Positions 62,773 through 64,000 of a stretch of 64,000 nt of DNA are shown here, in pieces. Numbering within the stretch: position 1 is the stretch's first letter; each line of letters starts with the position of its first letter. Both the position numbers and the translations under genes were made by a program. The notes under the pieces were generated by a model. It did no database searches. It saw only the letters and a program-made list of their open reading frames with translations, and was not told the origin of the DNA. The DNA lies in the NCBI GenBank assembly GCA_036263935.1, contig DATARY010000104.1, positions 14,961-78,960 on the forward strand, written 5' to 3'. This stretch comes from Mycobacterium sp. Lineage in GTDB: Bacteria > Actinomycetota > Actinomycetes > Mycobacteriales > Mycobacteriaceae.

Positions 62773-63525
62773 TCACCGCGGCGCCATCCGGATCGCGCCG
62801 TCCAGCCGAATGACCTCGCCGTTTAGCATCGGGTTCTCCACAATGTGCACGGCCAGCGCGCCATACTCGTCGGGGTTACCCAACCGGCTGGGATGCGGCA
62901 CCTGCTTGCCAAGCGACTCCTTGGCCGGCTCGGGCAGCCCGGCCAGTAGCGGGGTGTCGAAGAGGCCAGGGGCGATGGTGACCACACGGATGAGATCCCG
63001 GGCCAGGTCGCGGGCGATCGGCAGGGTCATGCCGACGACGCCGCCCTTGGACGCCGAGTAGGCGGCCTGACCGATCTGGCCGTCGAATGCCGCGACCGAC
63101 GCGGTGTTCACGATCACACCGCGCTCTCCGGTGATCGGTTCGGTCTTTGCGATGCGCTCCGCACCGAGCCGGATCACATTGAACGTGCCGATCAGGTTGA
63201 TCTCGACCACCTTCTTGAAGAGGTCAAGCGGGAACGGCCCGTCTTTACCCAGCGTCTTGATCGCATTTCCGGTGCCGGCGCAGTTCACAACAATGCGCAC
63301 GGGGCCAAGCGATTCGGCGGTGTCGAGCGCGGCGGTCACCGCGCCCTCGTCGGTGACGTCGGTCTCGGCGAAGACGGCGCGGTCGCCGAGGGCGTCGACG
63401 GCCTCCTTACCCCTGATGTCCAGCACGATCACCTGCGCGCCGGCGTCGAGCAGGCGCTTGGTCGTGGCCAGCCCGAGCCCGGAGGCTCCACCGGTGACGA
63501 TGGCTACGGCGTCTTTGATCTCCAC
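62773..63525 (-). CDS. 3-hydroxyacyl-CoA dehydrogenase type-2 SDR (Rv1144-like)
   Basis: [26 protein letters not shown]. Confidence 0.93.
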   Translation of the reverse strand: MEIKDAVAIVTGGASGLGLATTKRLLDAGAQVIVLDIRGKEAVDALGDRAVFAETDVTDEGAVTAALDTAESLGPVRIVVNCAGTGNAIKTLGKDGPFPLDLFKKVVEINLIGTFNVIRLGAERIAKTEPITGERGVIVNTASVAAFDGQIGQAAYSASKGGVVGMTLPIARDLARDLIRVVTIAPGLFDTPLLAGLPEPAKESLGKQVPHPSRLGNPDEYGALAVHIVENPMLNGEVIRLDGAIRMAPR

Positions 63526-63540
63526 GGGTCGCGTTCCTTT

Positions 63541-64000
63541 CTATTGCCAGTCTCGAAGTACGGCCTCGGTGTCCGCCCCTGGCACACCGGGTGGCCTGGG
63601 CGCCGACGGCACACTGCGGGAAAACCGCGGCGCCGGCGCCGGATACAGGTAATCCCGCTCGCGGTAGAAGGTGTGGCGCTCGGTGTTGTGTGCCTCGGAC
63701 TCGACCTCTGCGAACGACAACACCGGTGTCACACAGGCGTCGCTGTCAACAAAGACCTTCGCCCAATGGTCGCGGTCCTGCGACGCGAACACCTCGGTGA
63801 GCCGCGCACGCAGCTCGGGCCAGCGGCTCATGTCGTTCTGGTCGGGCAGATCTTCAGGAGGTAAGCCGTCGAGTCCCAATTTTTCCAGCAGCTCTGCGTA
63901 GAACTGCGGCTCGATTGCACCGACCGCGACGAAGCGGCCGTCGGCGCAGGTATACGTGTCGTAGTAGGGCGCGCCGGTGTCAAGCATGTTCACCCCGCGC
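63541..64000 (-). CDS. mcr: Alpha-methylacyl-CoA racemase / CaiB family, 5'-truncated by window
   Basis: [26 protein letters not shown]. Confidence 0.9.
   Translation of the reverse strand, partial: RGVNMLDTGAPYYDTYTCADGRFVAVGAIEPQFYAELLEKLGLDGLPPEDLPDQNDMSRWPELRARLTEVFASQDRDHWAKVFVDSDACVTPVLSFAEVESEAHNTERHTFYRERDYLYPAPAPRFSRSVPSAPRPPGVPGADTEAVLRDWQ

Overview
GC-rich mycobacterial chromosome segment, probably from a Mycolicibacterium-type rapid grower. It is collinear, in reverse order, with the M. tuberculosis Rv1212c-Rv1143 backbone: glgA/glgM, tagA, gpgS, folP2, fadD6, log, dapE/dapD, fadD36, pruBAC, dapC, fdxC, fbiC, mshB, lpqW, typA, mutT2, pimE, Rv1158c/57c, Rv1156-Rv1151c, mmpL13, Rv1144, mcr. 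Accessory genes fill the intervals between these core genes. They include an ABC-F with a candidate leaderless uORF attenuator, gnd-zwf, choline kinase plus a GcvT-type flavoprotein, an NCS2 permease, a secreted protein-CLC-LCP trio, a sulfotransferase/TetR/DUF1214 module, a catalytic-domain-only serine recombinase and several small proteins. At least three decayed genes and one frameshifted small ORF are visible. I found no rRNA, tRNA, CRISPR array or intact mobile element. All family and ortholog calls rest on motif recognition and recalled synteny, not on database searches.
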